The notes beneath the pieces were generated by a model. That model did no database searches. It had not been told where the DNA came from and worked only from the letters and a program-made list of their open reading frames with translations. DNA of 64,000 nucleotides from Saccostrea cucullata. Its lineage: Eukaryota. Made by a program: the position numbers and the translations under genes. The stretch lies in the NCBI RefSeq assembly GCF_032062105.1, contig NW_026936852.1, forward strand, positions 372,001-436,000. Reading direction: 5' to 3'. Positions 1-13,272 of the stretch are shown piece by piece. Numbering within the stretch: position 1 is the stretch's first letter; each line of letters begins with the position of its first letter.

Positions 1-650
1 AAGTAGAGCTATCGATTTTACACATGTGTATCACCTGTGACAATACTTTTCTTAATACACTATTCTTTTTTACCCCGTGAACTTGACCTTGAAGTTTGAC
101 CTACTTTTCAAAAACTCAAACTTTTGAATGAGAAGAGATAGGACTTTCATTTTTCACAAGTATATTACGTGTGATTTACCATTCTTAAATACACCATGTT
201 TTTTTACCCTGTGACCTTGAAGTTTGACCTACTTTTCAAAATCGTTATCTTTCCGTGTAACTTGTGATAGAGAAGAAATAGGGCTTTTATATTTGACATA
301 TGAACATTGAACATTTTTTTGAAAAACTTTTACCTTGACCATCACTTATTTTGAACGGATAGGGCTAAGGCTTTCATAATTCACATATGTTATTGCCAGT
401 CTACAAAAGACATCAAGGGACGGTGCTTCAGGTGATTATATTTGACCTGTATTATGCATTATGTATGACAACATATATCAGAGCATGCTATGACTTCTGA
501 TCCCTTGACCTTCACAACTGACCTAATTTTAAAAAAAAACATTTTTGGTGATTACTTCGATCTGACTATTACATATGATAGGGGGTTCCTATTGACACAA
601 TATGCCATAAAAAATTACATCTCTTGCACCCTGAAAGACACAGAAATTAA
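1..650 (+). mobile_element. Helentron-associated (HINE-like) non-autonomous element with ~140-bp internal tandem repeats, truncated by window start
   Basis: Repeated TGACCTTGAAGTTTGACCTACTTTTCAAAA / GAAGAGATAGGGCTTTCATATT blocks; tail TTGACACAATATGCCATAAAAAA shared with the copy at 4550-5540. Confidence 0.6.
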
Positions 651-779
651 AACAAAGGAAAAATAAAGTAGCACTTAAACTTGAAACTTTGCAACAAAAA
701 TAAGTAGAAGCCCCCCGCTTTTCGTGGGTAATTTTTGTGCATGGGTAAGGTCTCAATATGTCATATATGAACGCCCTAT

Positions 780-1350
780 CATATGTCATTCAAAAGTTAT
801 CACTAAAGTTGAATTTGTGCAAGTCAAGATCAAAGGGTCAAGAATAATAGCATGCTAGGAAATATCTTGTCACAGATAATACACATGTAAAATATAAAAT
901 TAAAGCCCTACTTCTTCTCTATCAAAAGTTATAAGGAAAAAAATAATATTTTTAAAAAGCAAGTCAAATGTAAAGATCAAACTAACGGGGTCAAAAATTA
1001 AAATGTATTTAGATAGGTCTTGTCACAAGTAATATATACAAATGAAAGGTTAAAGCTAGCCCTAAATCTTAATTCTCATCCAAAAGTTATGACCATATTT
1101 AAAGTTAAAGATTTTGAAAAGGAGGTAAAACTTCACGGTGATGGTCATCAGGGTAAAAAATATAGTGTATTTAAAAATGTCTGGTCACAGGCAAAACACA
1201 CATGAATAGTATGAAAGCCCTATCTCTTCTCATTCAAAAGATAAGTTTCAAGTTTTTGTGACAGACGGACAGACTGATATACTTAACAGTCTGACTGACA
1301 GACGGATAAGATTTAATGTCCCCTCACTTTCCCTTTCGGAGGAAGGGGGA
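780..1350 (-). mobile_element. HINE-like element fragment, inverted relative to 1-650
   Basis: Reverse-complement repeat units (TTCAAAAGTTAT, CTTGTCACA, GAAAGCCCTATCTCTTCTCA) followed by a (GACA/GACG)n microsatellite at 1260-1305. Confidence 0.55.
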
Positions 1351-1747
1351 GGGAGGGGGTGTCTATAGATATGCCCCCTCTTTTCCAGACATAAGTTTTT
1401 CCTATAGGAAATGTTTATTGAAAGTCCAGTTGCCCACCCAACCCCCACTTTTGGTTGCAGTATAATTGTCAAATAATTTGGGTAATATACGGGTAATGCA
1501 GTGTTTCAGTAAAAAAAAAATTTGGTACTAAAAGAAATTTAGCCTACATTACACCCTTCCCCTTACTCCAAATAGGATTTTTGAGTTGTTTCTTTTTTTT
1601 TTTTTTTTTTTTTTTTTTTGCTTGTCAAGATTTTTCAGATAAGTTTTTTCTGTATTGCACACATATTAGCGAGTACAAACATACATGTTTCTCAATCTTG
1701 TATCTTTATTATTCAGATCATCATAACTTCTAACTTAAACATATTAA

Positions 1748-2416
1748 GGTAGTCCGATCCTCAGGTTTATAAATTAACATTTAAGTAATCAAAAATACTC
1801 ATAAAAGTATCTTTGAATCCACAAAGTTATGTAAATTTATCCACAGTATTTCTTTAAAGTTAAAAATGAAAGTTGATCATATTATATAGGGAAAATTGTC
1901 AAATCTCCAATATTTTTGCAGAAAAAACAAATTGGAAAACCAACAATGCATTTTCTAATTCCCAATTAATCAACAAATATATTTTAAGTTAAAAAACGAT
2001 AGGTATCCAGGCATTCAGAGAAATTGCTATGATTTTAATGCTTATTTGGTATTTTTTTGTCTTCTATTTCCGTCATGTATTCTATAATGCATAGTGTAAA
2101 AGGCATTTGCTATCATTGCAAGACACCACAAATCACTTTTTATTGCATATCATGCTAATAAGCATTGATATCTAAGGCAGGATTCAAGAAAATCTTATTT
2201 CTCTTAAACTGTATTATTTTTTTTTCCTTTTATAGGGTACAAATGTCAACTTTTATGAGACCCTCTCTAAGACCTCCAAAAAACTTGAATCTTATAAAGA
2301 CGAATAAAATGAAAATTGTTGCATGAAAAAATGTCATTTTCAAGCTTCATTTTGATGCATTTCAAATAATATATTAATTTTTGGAATTATCCTTCCTGGC
2401 TGAGGATCGGATATCC
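1748..2416. mobile_element. Non-autonomous DNA transposon (MITE), Kolobok-like
   Basis: TTAA at 1744-1747 and 2417-2420; TIRs GGTAGTCCGATCCTCAG / CTGAGGATCGGATATCC; no ORF. Confidence 0.8.
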
Positions 2417-2735
2417 TTAATGTTTCCATTTTTTAGTATAATTCTAAGGTATTTACAAATGTAACATTTTCTGTAAATTCAGTGTTCTAGAGAATGCTTA
2501 GCTGCTGTAGCTCGCTGGTCTGTAAAAAGGAATGACAACCAGAGAACGGTTAAATATATCAATTTTTTATGGAGAGCTACATACTCGTACGTACAGTACT
2601 GCAGCTAGAGCAGTTCAGCCACAGATAACTTTACCAATTGGAGACCTGAATTAGTCGTCAATTGGTAGAGGAAAAGAATCTGAAGGAAATATGACAGCAT
2701 ACAGGCATTAATGATAATGAAAGTATTGCGTATTT

Positions 2736-3578
2736 AAACAAGATGTGTTTGTGAAACACTGATGCCCCCGTTTGGCTACATAGCGAAGGTTAAATTTTCT
2801 CAAATGCAAATCAAGCATGTTGATACTAAAAGTAAAGGCTTCTCACACGAAATGTGAAATATAAAACCCTAGCAACGCCTATTCAAAAGTAATGGCCAAG
2901 GTTACAGTTCTTTAAAGGTAGAATACACGCCGGGGTCAAGGTCAAAGGGTCAAGGTTGTTGGTTTCTAAAGAAAGGTCTTGTCACCAAGATTACATTTGG
3001 GAAGTATGAAAGCCCTAGCCCTTACCATTCAAAAGTTAAAGCCAAGGTTTAAGTTTTTAAAAAATAGGTTAAACCCCCAGCTCAAGGTCAAAGGGTCAAT
3101 GTTGTAGGTATCCAATGAAAGGTCTTGTCACAAGAATTACATATGTGAAGTTTGAAAGTCCTAGCCCCTACTGTTCAAAAGTTATTGCCAAGGTTCAATA
3201 TTTTTTTAATGGTTCAATAACAAAGGTCAAGGTTACAGTTCAAAGTTGTTGGTATCTAATGGAAAGTCTTGTCACAAAGAATACAAATGTGAAGTATGAA
3301 AGTCCTAGCACCAACTTGTTCAAAAGTTATGGCCAAAGTAAAAGTTTGGAATTTTTGTTTAAAGTGTGTCAAACTCCAAGGTAAATGTCAAGAGGTCAAA
3401 TCTGGCGGTACCCAAAGAAAGGTCTCGGCACAAGGAATACATCTGTGAAATATGAAAGCTATAGTCCCACCCAGTCAAAAGTTATATGCAAGTTTAAAAT
3501 ATTTTCGGACAGAGATAAACAGACATGGGCAGGGCAAAAACTATATACCCCGAAACTTCAATTACGGGGGCGTAAAAA
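2736..3578 (-). mobile_element. HINE-like element with ~146-bp tandem repeats
   Basis: End AAACAAGATGTGTTTGTGAAACAC...GCCCCCG; about 5 units marked by TTCAAAAGT; GACA microsatellite and CCCCG...CGGGGG stem before AAAAA; same family, inverted, at 52467-53445. Confidence 0.75.
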
Positions 3579-3760
3579 TCATCAAAGACTCCTGAATTCA
3601 CACCCGATCGAACGCTGAGGATGTACTCAGCCCCCCCATCCCCATTCTGACGTTGCGAGAATGGCCAACTTTAAACATGTATTTGCTAAAACAAAAGGAC
3701 CAAGAAAGATCTAGATCTTCTCATCTGATAAATTAATTATTGTCTGCAAGGGAACATTAA

Positions 3761-4537
3761 AGGTACTAGTACTTGGACACAGATTTGAAGTCAATATTTT
3801 CTCTATATTATTACGACTTCTATATTTTAATAGCATTTCACACAAAAATTAATTAAAAATCTTTTTTCACTTAAAAGTTATTAAAACTTCAAATTTTTTG
3901 GCGGTTTTGATTGACTCATCCTTGCACTTTCACAAATTTTAACCTTAATCTTAATCCTTAGGAAAAGTGGCAATCTTGTTGTGTATTAATGAGAAATATT
4001 AAAACTTTTATCCAGAAAAATAATTTTATTCAGAGTAGAAATGTTAGAAAACAAAATTCCTTCACAAGTATCGTCATTCCGAACTAAGAGTTGTGTACAG
4101 AGTTATCGAGCACACGTACTCGTGTTATGTACACAGTTTTTGTAAACAGGGCACGAGTTCTGTTATTGTTGATGTTTATATTTCACTGGGTGCATTCAAA
4201 TGTCACAGTCTGTTTACCACATCTGCACGGACTGCCAATATATTGCGTGTTTGTTTTACTTTCGAACATGAATTGTCTACTCTGAATTTTCTGCGTTATA
4301 GTATTAATATTTTTCATTTATACACAACGAGATTGTTACTTTTCTTAAGGATTGAGAATAAAATTAATTTGTGAAAATGCAAGGATGCGTCAATCAAACC
4401 CGCCAAAAAATTTGAAATTTTAATATCTTTTATATGAAATAAGATTTTTAATTAATATTTGTGTGAAATGCTATTAAAATATATAAGCCGTAATATTATA
4501 GAGAAAATAATAACTTCAAATCCGTGTCCAAGTACTT
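3761..4537. mobile_element. MITE with ~270-bp terminal inverted repeats, TTAA-flanked (Kolobok-like)
   Basis: TTAA at 3757-3760 and 4538-4541; arm 3761-4039 is the reverse complement of 4275-4537 (GTACTTGGACAC...TTTTTTGGCGG...CAGAGTAGA). Confidence 0.8.
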
Positions 4538-4549
4538 TTAACCTTATTC

Positions 4550-5540
4550 GACTGTCCGTCTGTCAGTCTGTCCGTAGTCATAAAAACCTTAACCTTGGTC
4601 ATATCTTTTGAATAAGAGATAGGGCTATCATATTAGATATGTATATTACCTGTGACAAAAACTTTCTAAATATACTACGATGTTTGACACCATGACCTTG
4701 ACCTTGAAGTTTGACCAACATTACTTTCAAATGGTTATAACTTTTGAATGAGAAGAGATGACTTTCATATTAAATATGTATATTATCAGTGACAATACCT
4801 TTCTAAATACGCTATAACCTTTTGCCTTTCTGGCCTTTTAGTTTGACCTACATTTTAAAAACTTAAACTTTGCTCATGACCTTTGAATAGAAGAGATAGG
4901 GTTTTCATATTAGACCTCTGTATTGTCTGTGACAAGACCTTTCTGAACACATAATGATTTTTGACCTATGACTTTGATATTTGACATACTATTTAAAAAA
5001 TGAAAGACTTAAAGTTGGCTATAACTTTTGAATGAGAAGAGATAGAGCTTTCATATTAAACTTGTATATTATCTGTGACAAGACCTTTCTAACTATAATT
5101 TTTTGACCCCGTGACCTTGACAGTTGACTTACTTTTCAAAATCTTTAACCTTTCTCATGACTTTTGAATTAGAAGACATAGGGCTTAAATATTAAACCTG
5201 TGCATTGCTTGTGACCTTTCTGAATACACTATATGCTTTTGGTTCTTGTGACCTTGTCCTTGAAGTTTGACCTAATTTTCAAAAACTGTTGATTTTTCCA
5301 TATTACATTTGAATAAGAAGAGACATGGCTTTCATATTTTACATGTGTTTCCTGCGACAATCTTTCTCCGAGCATGCTACAATTTCTGACCCTTGACCTT
5401 GACCTAATTTAAAAAAAAAAAAAATCAACTTCGATGATAACTTCTGAATAACATATGAAAGAGTGTTCATATTTGACACAATATGCCATAAAAAATGACA
5501 TTTTACCCACAAAGACACCGAAAGCTGGGGACCACAATTC
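4550..5540 (+). mobile_element. HINE-like element with ~140-bp tandem repeats
   Basis: GTCC/GTCT microsatellite at 4550-4575, then about 6 units (TTTGAAT..GAAGAGATAGGG near 4607, 4741, 4880, 5025, 5161, 5305). Confidence 0.65.
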
Positions 5541-5869
5541 TTTGAATTTGCTTGTATAACCCTAATCAAACAAACATTTTAATTTGTTTTACATGCATTT
5601 TTATTCACAATACTTGATGATTTCTAAGCCTCTTAGTTTATAAAATATTTTATTTTAGAACTCTAAAAGGAAGTCACAGTGACTTTTTTTCTGGCTGACA
5701 CTCCAAGAACCCAACATACCGGTGTAGCATAATATTTTGATACCGCGATATATTGAACCCGGGTTCAATATATCGCATAATATTTTGAACCCGGGTTCAC
5801 TTTTTCGCTGCGATATATTGAACCCCCTTATAATATATTGAACCCCTACCTTTTTCATTAAAGAGAGAG

Positions 5870-7100
5870 GGGGTTCAAAATATTATGGTCATAAAATATT
5901 GAGTCCCCCTGCCCATTTAATGTAAGAGGGAGGGGGTTCAAAATATTATGGCCATAATATATTGAGTCCCCCTGCCCATTTAATGTAAAAGGGAGGGGGT
6001 TCAAAATATTATGGCCATAATATATTGAACCCCCATGTTCTTTAAAGATAACATGGAGGGGGTTCAAAATATTATGACCATAAAATATCGAGTCCCCCTG
6101 CCCATTTAATGTAAAAGGGAGGGGGTTCAAAATATTATGGCCATAATATATTGAACCCCCATGTTCTTTAAAAATAACACGGAGGGGGTTTAAAATATTA
6201 TGGCCATAAAATATCGATTACCCCTGCCCATTTAATGTAAGAGGGAGGGGGTTCAGAATATTATGGCCATAATATATTGAGTCCCCCTGCCCATTTAATG
6301 TAAAAGGGAGGGGGTTCAAAATATTATGGCCATAAAATATCGAGTCCCCCTGCCCTTTTAATGTAAGAGGGAGGGGGTTCAAAATATTATGGCCATAATA
6401 TATTCAATCCCCATGTTCTTAAAAGATAACAGGGAGGGGGTTCAAAATATTATGGCCATAAAATATTGAGTCCCCCTGCCCTATTAATTTATCAGGGAGG
6501 GGGTTCAAAATATTATGGCCATAAAATATCGAGTCCCCCTGCCCTTTTAATGTAAGAGGGAGGGGGTTCAAAATATTATGGCCATAATATATTGAACCCC
6601 CATGTTCTTTAAAGATAACATGGAGGGGGTTCAAAATATTATGGCCATAATATATTGAACCCCCATGTTCTTTAAAGATAACAGGGAGGGGGTTCAAAAT
6701 ATTATGGCCATAAAATATTGAGTCCCCCTGCCCTAACAATTTGTCAAGGAGGGGGTTTAGAATTTTATGGCCATAATATATTGAACCCCCATATTCTTTA
6801 AAGATAACAAGGAGGGGGTTCAAAATATTATGGCCATAAAATATCAAGTCCCCCTGCCCATTTAATGTAAGAGGGAGGGGGTTCAAAATATTATGGCCAT
6901 TATATATTGAACCCCCATGTTCTTTAAATATAACATAGAGGGGGTTCAAAATATTATGGCCATGAAATATCGAGTCCCCCTGCCCATTTAATGTAAAGGG
7001 GAGGGGGTTCAAAATATTATGGCCATAAAATATTGAGTCCCCCTGCCCTAACAATTTGTCAAGGAGGGGGTTCAGAATATTATGGCCATAATATATTGAC
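5870..7100. repeat. ~60-bp palindromic minisatellite, left arm (~20 units)
   Basis: Core GGGGGTTCAAAATATTATGG/CCATAATATATTGAACCCCC separated by a few alternative spacers. Confidence 0.9.
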
Positions 7101-7385
7101 TGAGAATTTTACTATATATTTCTAAGTAAAACTTTAGTCAGCCATTGTGACCCGCTCTACCCCCAGTGTCATGATTTGAACAAACTTGAATCTACACTAC
7201 CTGAGGATGCTTCCATGAAAATATTATGAATCATGGCTTTGTTATTCTTGGGATGAAGAATTTTAGAGAATTTTCCTATATATTTCTAAGTAAAACTTTG
7301 GTCAGCCATTGTGACCCGCCCTACCCCTGGGGCCATGATTTGTATAAACTTGAATCTACATTACCTGGGGATGCTTCCATAAACA
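7101..7385. repeat. Truncated Cg170/HindIII-like satellite units
   Basis: Two units with TATATTTCTAAGTAAAACTT...CTACCCC...CATGATTT...GAATCTACAC...GGATGCTTCCA, similar to 8990-9720. Confidence 0.55.
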
Positions 7386-8857
7386 GTCAAACTTGTTTTA
7401 AGAGGCAAACTTTATCCGGACTGTAAAGAAGGTGATTGAGAGTGACAATTTCACACCATATCTCACAAATACCTGCATTTTTTGGTTTTTAACAGAAGAA
7501 TTAATGCTTTACTTGTTTGATAGATTTTAAGCTTGACAAGAAATTGTGCATGGAAGGTAACACAAACTGTTCATGAACATTTGGAAAATGTTGAGAAAAA
7601 GAAAGCTCATATTATTTTATCATGCCCAAGACATCTAGGATTTTTCTGCTCTGTGACTGAATGATATGTCCTAATAAACACCAAAAATTGACTGATTATG
7701 TTGTCAAATATATTTTTTTTCTGTGCAAGAAGTCAGGCGCAAATTTCGAATGGCCCTCAAACACATGTAAACTAAAAGCACTTTCTAAATTTAAGGTATT
7801 CAATGTATAATCCCCATATAATTGCATAATCAAAATAAGTACATTATCTGAAATTTTAAATCAGACCACCTTAAGAATATTGTTTGGTTGCATACTTCCA
7901 ACCATCTGACTAAAAATGGCCCGACTCAACACTTTTACATTCCAGGACACTACAATTTTTCTGATTTAATTCCTCTTATCAGCTATGTTGAAATTTTGTG
8001 GAAAAAAGATTTTACCACCATCATATTGACTAAAATTTAACCCTGAGAGGGCAAGCAAACATTATGGAAGAATTATGGTAGAATTTTAAAGTTGTTATCA
8101 AATAACAAGAAGTCCACGGGCCGTACAGGTCACCTGAGCATTATGCAACAACTTTTGAGTGATAGCATTTGATTCATGTTTTAAGCCAGATGATATGGCA
8201 TTCACAATTTTGAAAGAGGCACCATTGATGATCATAACAACACACTTAGCAGTTGCTTAGTTTTTTTTACCAGGACCAGAACACTTGACTAATTGGTCCT
8301 GATGTTCAAAATGCTAGTAAAAATTCAATATCCTTGTATATTAAAACTTATCTCATTTGTCTCTGTTGTCATGAAATTGATAAATTTTTGTTGTTCACCT
8401 TCACCCATAGATGATATATGCCAAATTTGGTTGAAATTAGTTCAGGGGGTTCAGAGAAGAAGCTTAAAAAATGATAACAAATAAACGACACACAACCAAA
8501 GTTTTTGTTTAAAAGGATAAATTGAAGTAGGTCCCCTGAATAACTCAGGTGACCTTAATTGAGTATGTTATCTAATCTCGAGTCATTTCACTTTCATCAT
8601 TATCTAGCAATGCATTAAAACTAGTTTAAAATGATTCAAAATTAATTCTTCAGACATTGAATACCTTCTAAACATCATCCCTGTCCATATACTTTCAGGA
8701 AAATAAATAATTTTAAATTGCATGGATATCATCATTACACTTTACTTCCAACCAGAAGTCTCTGTCGAGACTGTAGCTCTGCTGGTTTGTATTTTTAACA
8801 AATTAAGGGAAAAGTTCTTGTGTCAGTCAGAACTTGATTAAGAGTAGCATTTTAAAA

Positions 8858-9947
8858 AAACAAGAGGCCCATGGGTCACATCGCTCACCTGAGTAACTTG
8901 GGTGATGCAGTTCTTTTACCAGATTCCCTCTCTTGCTATACCTATCATGCCCACTACCCCCTTCCCTTTTATGATTTTAAAACTTTAGAATCTACACAAC
9001 CCAAGGATGCTTCCACATTATTTTCAGCTTTCCTGGCCCAGTGGTTCTTGAGAAGAAGATTTTTAAAGATTTCTTCTATATATTTCTATGTAAAACTTGG
9101 ATTCTCTATTGTGGCCCCGCCCGACCCCTGTAGGTCAGGATTTTATCAATTTAATATCTACACTACCCAAGGATGATACCACATAAGTTTCATTTTCCCT
9201 GGCCCAGTGGTTCTTGAAAAAAAGATATTTAAGATTTCTTCTATATATTTTTATGTAAAACTTGAATTCCCTATTGTGGCCCGCCCTACCCCCGGGGGTC
9301 ATGATTTTAACAATTTAATATCTACTCTACCCAACGATGATACCACATAAGTGTCAGCTTTCTTGGCCCAGTGGTTCTTGAGAAGAAGATTTTTAAAGAT
9401 TTCTTCTAAATATTTCTATGTCAAACTTGGATTCCCTATTTTGGCCCCGCCCTACCCCCGGGGGTTATGATTTTAACAATTTAATATCTACACTACCCAA
9501 AAATGCTTCCACATAAGTGTCAGCTTTTTTGGCCTAGTGATTCTTGAGAAGAAGATTTTTAAAGATTTCTTCTATATATTTCTATGTAAAACTTGGATTC
9601 CCTACTGTAGCCTTGCCCTACCCCCGGGGGTCATGATTTTGACAATTTAATATCTACACTACCCATGGATGCTTCCACATAAGTTTCAGCTTTCCTGGCC
9701 CAGTGAATCTTGAGAAGAAGATTTTTTAGTGACCCCACCCTATTTTTGTCTTTTCTTGATTATCTCCCCTTGTAAGGGGACTTGGCCCTTCATTTTAACA
9801 ATTTAAACTCCCCTTTACCCAAGGATGCTTTGTACCAAGTTTTGTTAAAATTGGCCCATTGGTTCTTGAGAAGAAGTCGCAAATGTGAAAAGTTTACCGA
9901 CGGAAAGACAGACGGATGGACGACAGACAAAATGAGATTAGGAAAGA

Positions 9948-9980
<33 letters not shown>
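8858..9980 (-). mobile_element. HINE element carrying ~166-bp Cg170/HindIII-like satellite units, nested in the foldback element
   Basis: AAACAAGAGGCCCATGGG...GCTCACCTGAG at one end, (GACG/GACA)n plus TTGAGCCTTCGGCTCAGGTGAGCTAAAAA at the other; AGAAGAAGATTTTT recurs at about 165-166-bp spacing. Confidence 0.8.
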
Positions 9981-11269
9981 TATGTTTACAGACAGAGTCA
10001 GACACTGCTCTATCGGATAAACTATTTTCTGGTCTGTGACCAGTAGAGCTTAAAAGTATACAAATGTTCAAAGAGAAGTAACGTATAACTATGAATAATG
10101 TATAAATACAGTTTGAATAAAATAAAATCTAATTACATTTTTTATTATGCTAAATAGCTCCAAACATGCATACAGGGGTGAATTTAAAAAAATGACCAAA
10201 CACACTTTAACTGCCTCAATTTGATAGAAACAAGAACAAATGATGTTATTTTCACCTCACAATTCAAATTTAAAGACCTCCCATTGTCTTGGTCAGGAGT
10301 GCAATAAAACTTAGAGAAAAACTAACAGGAAAATGTTTTTGGTCTGACCTTATAAACATTAATAGGGAATGATGCAAGATATAAATCATTTATTATAATA
10401 AATAATTTCATTTGTTTTAATTTTTAAGTTTACGACTAAAAATATTGCACTTTTTTAAAAAATAACTTGATGATGTCAAATATTTAAAAATTATTGCCTT
10501 CTCTCCAGGGTTTAACTTTCATTTTTACTGCAGTTAGAAGTGCAACAGTTACATGTATCAATCATATTTATTTTCACTAAAATATTTGATGTAAATTATT
10601 TATTTTATAACTTACTGCTTACCAAGATGAGAATAGGTTATTGCATTTTGAAATTAATTTTTACAGCAATGATAAATATTTTTAATACACATCAGTGTTC
10701 AGGAATTACCTACACAATAATTTCAAAAATTTAAAATAGGATAGATTCAACATTTAGTGTTTTTAATAAAATATGAAAATTGTAAGTCAAAATAAGTTTC
10801 ATGGTTTTATATTAAAACACAGAATTGGAAAAAATAATGTTATTGAAAAACAACAATTAAAAATCATTTTTTTTTTTATCAAAAAATATAATTATACACC
10901 AGAAGAAACTTATTAATAAAAGTTTAGAATTTATAATTTCTATTGCTGTTTAATTACAATTTTGGAGAAATTTCATTTCTTTAGATTGCATATTCTAGAA
11001 AATCTTTAAGGATTTATAGCTCTTTTTTTTTTCTTCTTCAGAAAAAGTTGCACTAATTAAATTAAAAAATCTGAAACTTTTTTATTTTTAAAATGGTCTT
11101 CAGATTGGAATGGGTAGTTGAAAATTTACAAAAAAAAAAAAAAAAATAAAATTTAATAGTCATTATTTTTTTTTAATTCACCCACATACAATAAATTGCT
11201 AAAATAAGATAATCAATTCTTATTTCTAAATACATACCTGTGTGTTGACTGGCCATTCTGGCAGGGGAA

Positions 11270-12240
11270 TTGATATTTTATGGCCATAATATTTTGAACC
11301 CCACCCCCTTATAAATTAAAAGGGCAGGGGGGATTCAATATTTTATGGCCATAATATTTTGAACCCCCTCCCTCTTAACTAAAAAGGACAAGGGGACTCA
11401 ATATATTATGGCCATAATATTTTGAACCCCCTCCCTTATAAACTAAAAGGGCAGGGGGGATTCAATATTTTATGGCCATAATATTTTGAACCCCCTCCTT
11501 TATAAATTAAAAAGGCAGGGGGATTCAATATTTTATGGCCATAATATTCTGAACCCCTCCTTGACAAATTGTTAGGGCAGGGGGACTCGATATTTTATCG
11601 CCATAATATTTTGAACCCCTCCCTTATATATTAAAAGGGCAGGGGGGACTCAATATTTTATGGCCATAATATTTTGAACCCCCTACCTCTTAAATCAAAC
11701 GGGCAGGGGAATCGATATTTTATGGCCATAATATTTTGAACCCCACCCCCTTATAAATTAAAAGGGCAGGGGGGATTCAATATTTTATGGCCATAATATT
11801 TCTAACCCCCTCCTTGACAAATTGTTCTGGCAGGGGGACTCGATATTTTATGGCCATAATATTTTGAACCCCCTCCCTGTTATCTTTAAAGGACATGGGG
11901 GTTCAATATATTATGGCCATAATATTTTGAACCCCCTCCTTGATAAATTAAAGGGCAGGGGGATTCAATATATTATGGCCATAATATTTTGAACCCCCTC
12001 CTTGATAAATTAATAGGGCAGGGGGACTCAATATTTTATGGCCATAATATTTTGAACCCCCTCCCTCTTAACATAAAAGGGCATGGGGGTTCAATATTTT
12101 ATGGCCATAATATTTTGAACCCCCTCCCTTATGAATTAATAAAATATTTTATGGCCATAATATTTTGAACCCCCCTCCCTGTAAAATAAGAAGGACAGGG
12201 GGACTCAATATTTTATGGCCATAATATTTTGAACCCCGGG
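11270..12240. repeat. ~60-bp palindromic minisatellite, right arm (~16 units)
   Basis: Same core as 5870-7100 with spacers in reverse-complement orientation. Confidence 0.9.
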
Positions 12241-12750
12241 TTCAATATTTTATAGGGGGGTTCAATATATCGCAGCGATATTTTGAACCCGGGTTCAAAA
12301 TATCGCGGGGTTCAATATATTATATGACACCGGTATTTAGACTGACAAAGTCTGATGATGGGTCAACTTTGAAGCCTCTGGATAATGCCTGGTAATCTTC
12401 AACATATTCTAATCTTTGGTGAAAATCACCCCATTGTTTCTTGAGAAAAATTTAAGCAATCACTGTTTTTCTTCCTTTTTTCCTTATCTTCCCTTGTTCA
12501 AGGTTTTTTTTTTTTTGAATTTTTTAGTATAATTGAGAGCCCTAAGGACAGGAATACTCCATGACAAAAAACTGGCCAACGGGTTCTTGAGATAGGGCCA
12601 AAAAAAGACACACACCGCACAAGTGTCCATAACATTAGCTATTTGAGACTTTGGCTCAGAAGAGCTTAAAGAATTCCACAGAAGAGCTTAAAGAATTCCA
12701 CTGGATGTAAATATTACACAAAGAAAAACAATATAATTTTTAAAAACATA

Positions 12751-12756
12751 TTTATT
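12751..12756 (-). promoter_or_regulatory. Putative polyadenylation signal of the TSGA13-like gene
   Basis: AATAAA on the minus strand about 330 nt past the stop codon. Confidence 0.45.
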
Positions 12757-13081
12757 CATCTTAGCATAAAATTAATAAACTTAGAAATGCAATATAATAC
12801 AGTTCAAAATAGAAGAGTTGGACGGACATAAAATATCCAGAAATATCACAGTCTCAAAATTTCCTCAATATATGTATTTGCAAAAACATAATGCTAAATA
12901 AATGTGATTTAAAAACCTCTTTTGTTTATATTACAAAATCAGCTACTGTCAGTATAAATTTGACAATACAATGCTCATTTCATAACACAGTTTTCTAATA
13001 TATCAAGAGGAGTTCATAAGAATCAGATCACATCCATAAATCACAGAGTTGTCTTTCTTCACTAACAATCCACCATTCAGG

Positions 13082-13272
13082 TCATGTGACCTTGACTTGA
13101 TTGGTCCACATTTTAGGACGACCCTGGTTGAACTCTCCCGCCCCCTCGGCTTCTTTCTTCTTTGTGTACTCTATCAGGGCATTCATACTGAGGGGTTCCC
13201 ACTGGGATACGTAATCGTAATAACGCCGGTGTCTGCTGGGTATAGGAGCCGACTGGCAGGAAGGACGATCAT
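13082..13272 (-). CDS. TSGA13-like terminal exon (DRPSCQSAP...WEPLSMNALIEY...GRPKMWTNQVKVT*)
   Basis: Acceptor ttttattttttAG; TGA at 13084-13082; phase 1. Confidence 0.85.

Larger units (their letters stand above)
5719..12333. mobile_element. Foldback-type non-autonomous DNA transposon with minisatellite inverted arms
   Basis: TA|CCGGTGT at 5717-5725 and ACACCGG|TA at 12327-12335; left array 5719-7100 and right array 11270-12333 are inverted copies; no transposase ORF inside. Confidence 0.8.

Noticed and set aside
3115-3618. ORFs of 77-89 aa (also 52884-53344, 8871-9176, 26047-26735)
   Set aside because: Fall inside HINE tandem repeats
5858-7054. Repetitive ORFs (YGHNILNPL...) of 90 and 211 aa
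   Set aside because: Translation of the 60-bp minisatellite in the foldback arm; no splice or start context
7398-7874. TTAA-bounded segment resembling a Kolobok MITE
   Set aside because: The two ends are not inverted repeats of each other
5870-12240. Palindromic repeat plus spacer pattern resembling a CRISPR array
   Set aside because: Spacers are recurring variants of each other, context is eukaryotic, no cas genes
12730-13082. miR-29 target site (TGGTGCT) in the host or PAK 3' UTR
   Set aside because: No seed match seen by eye in either UTR
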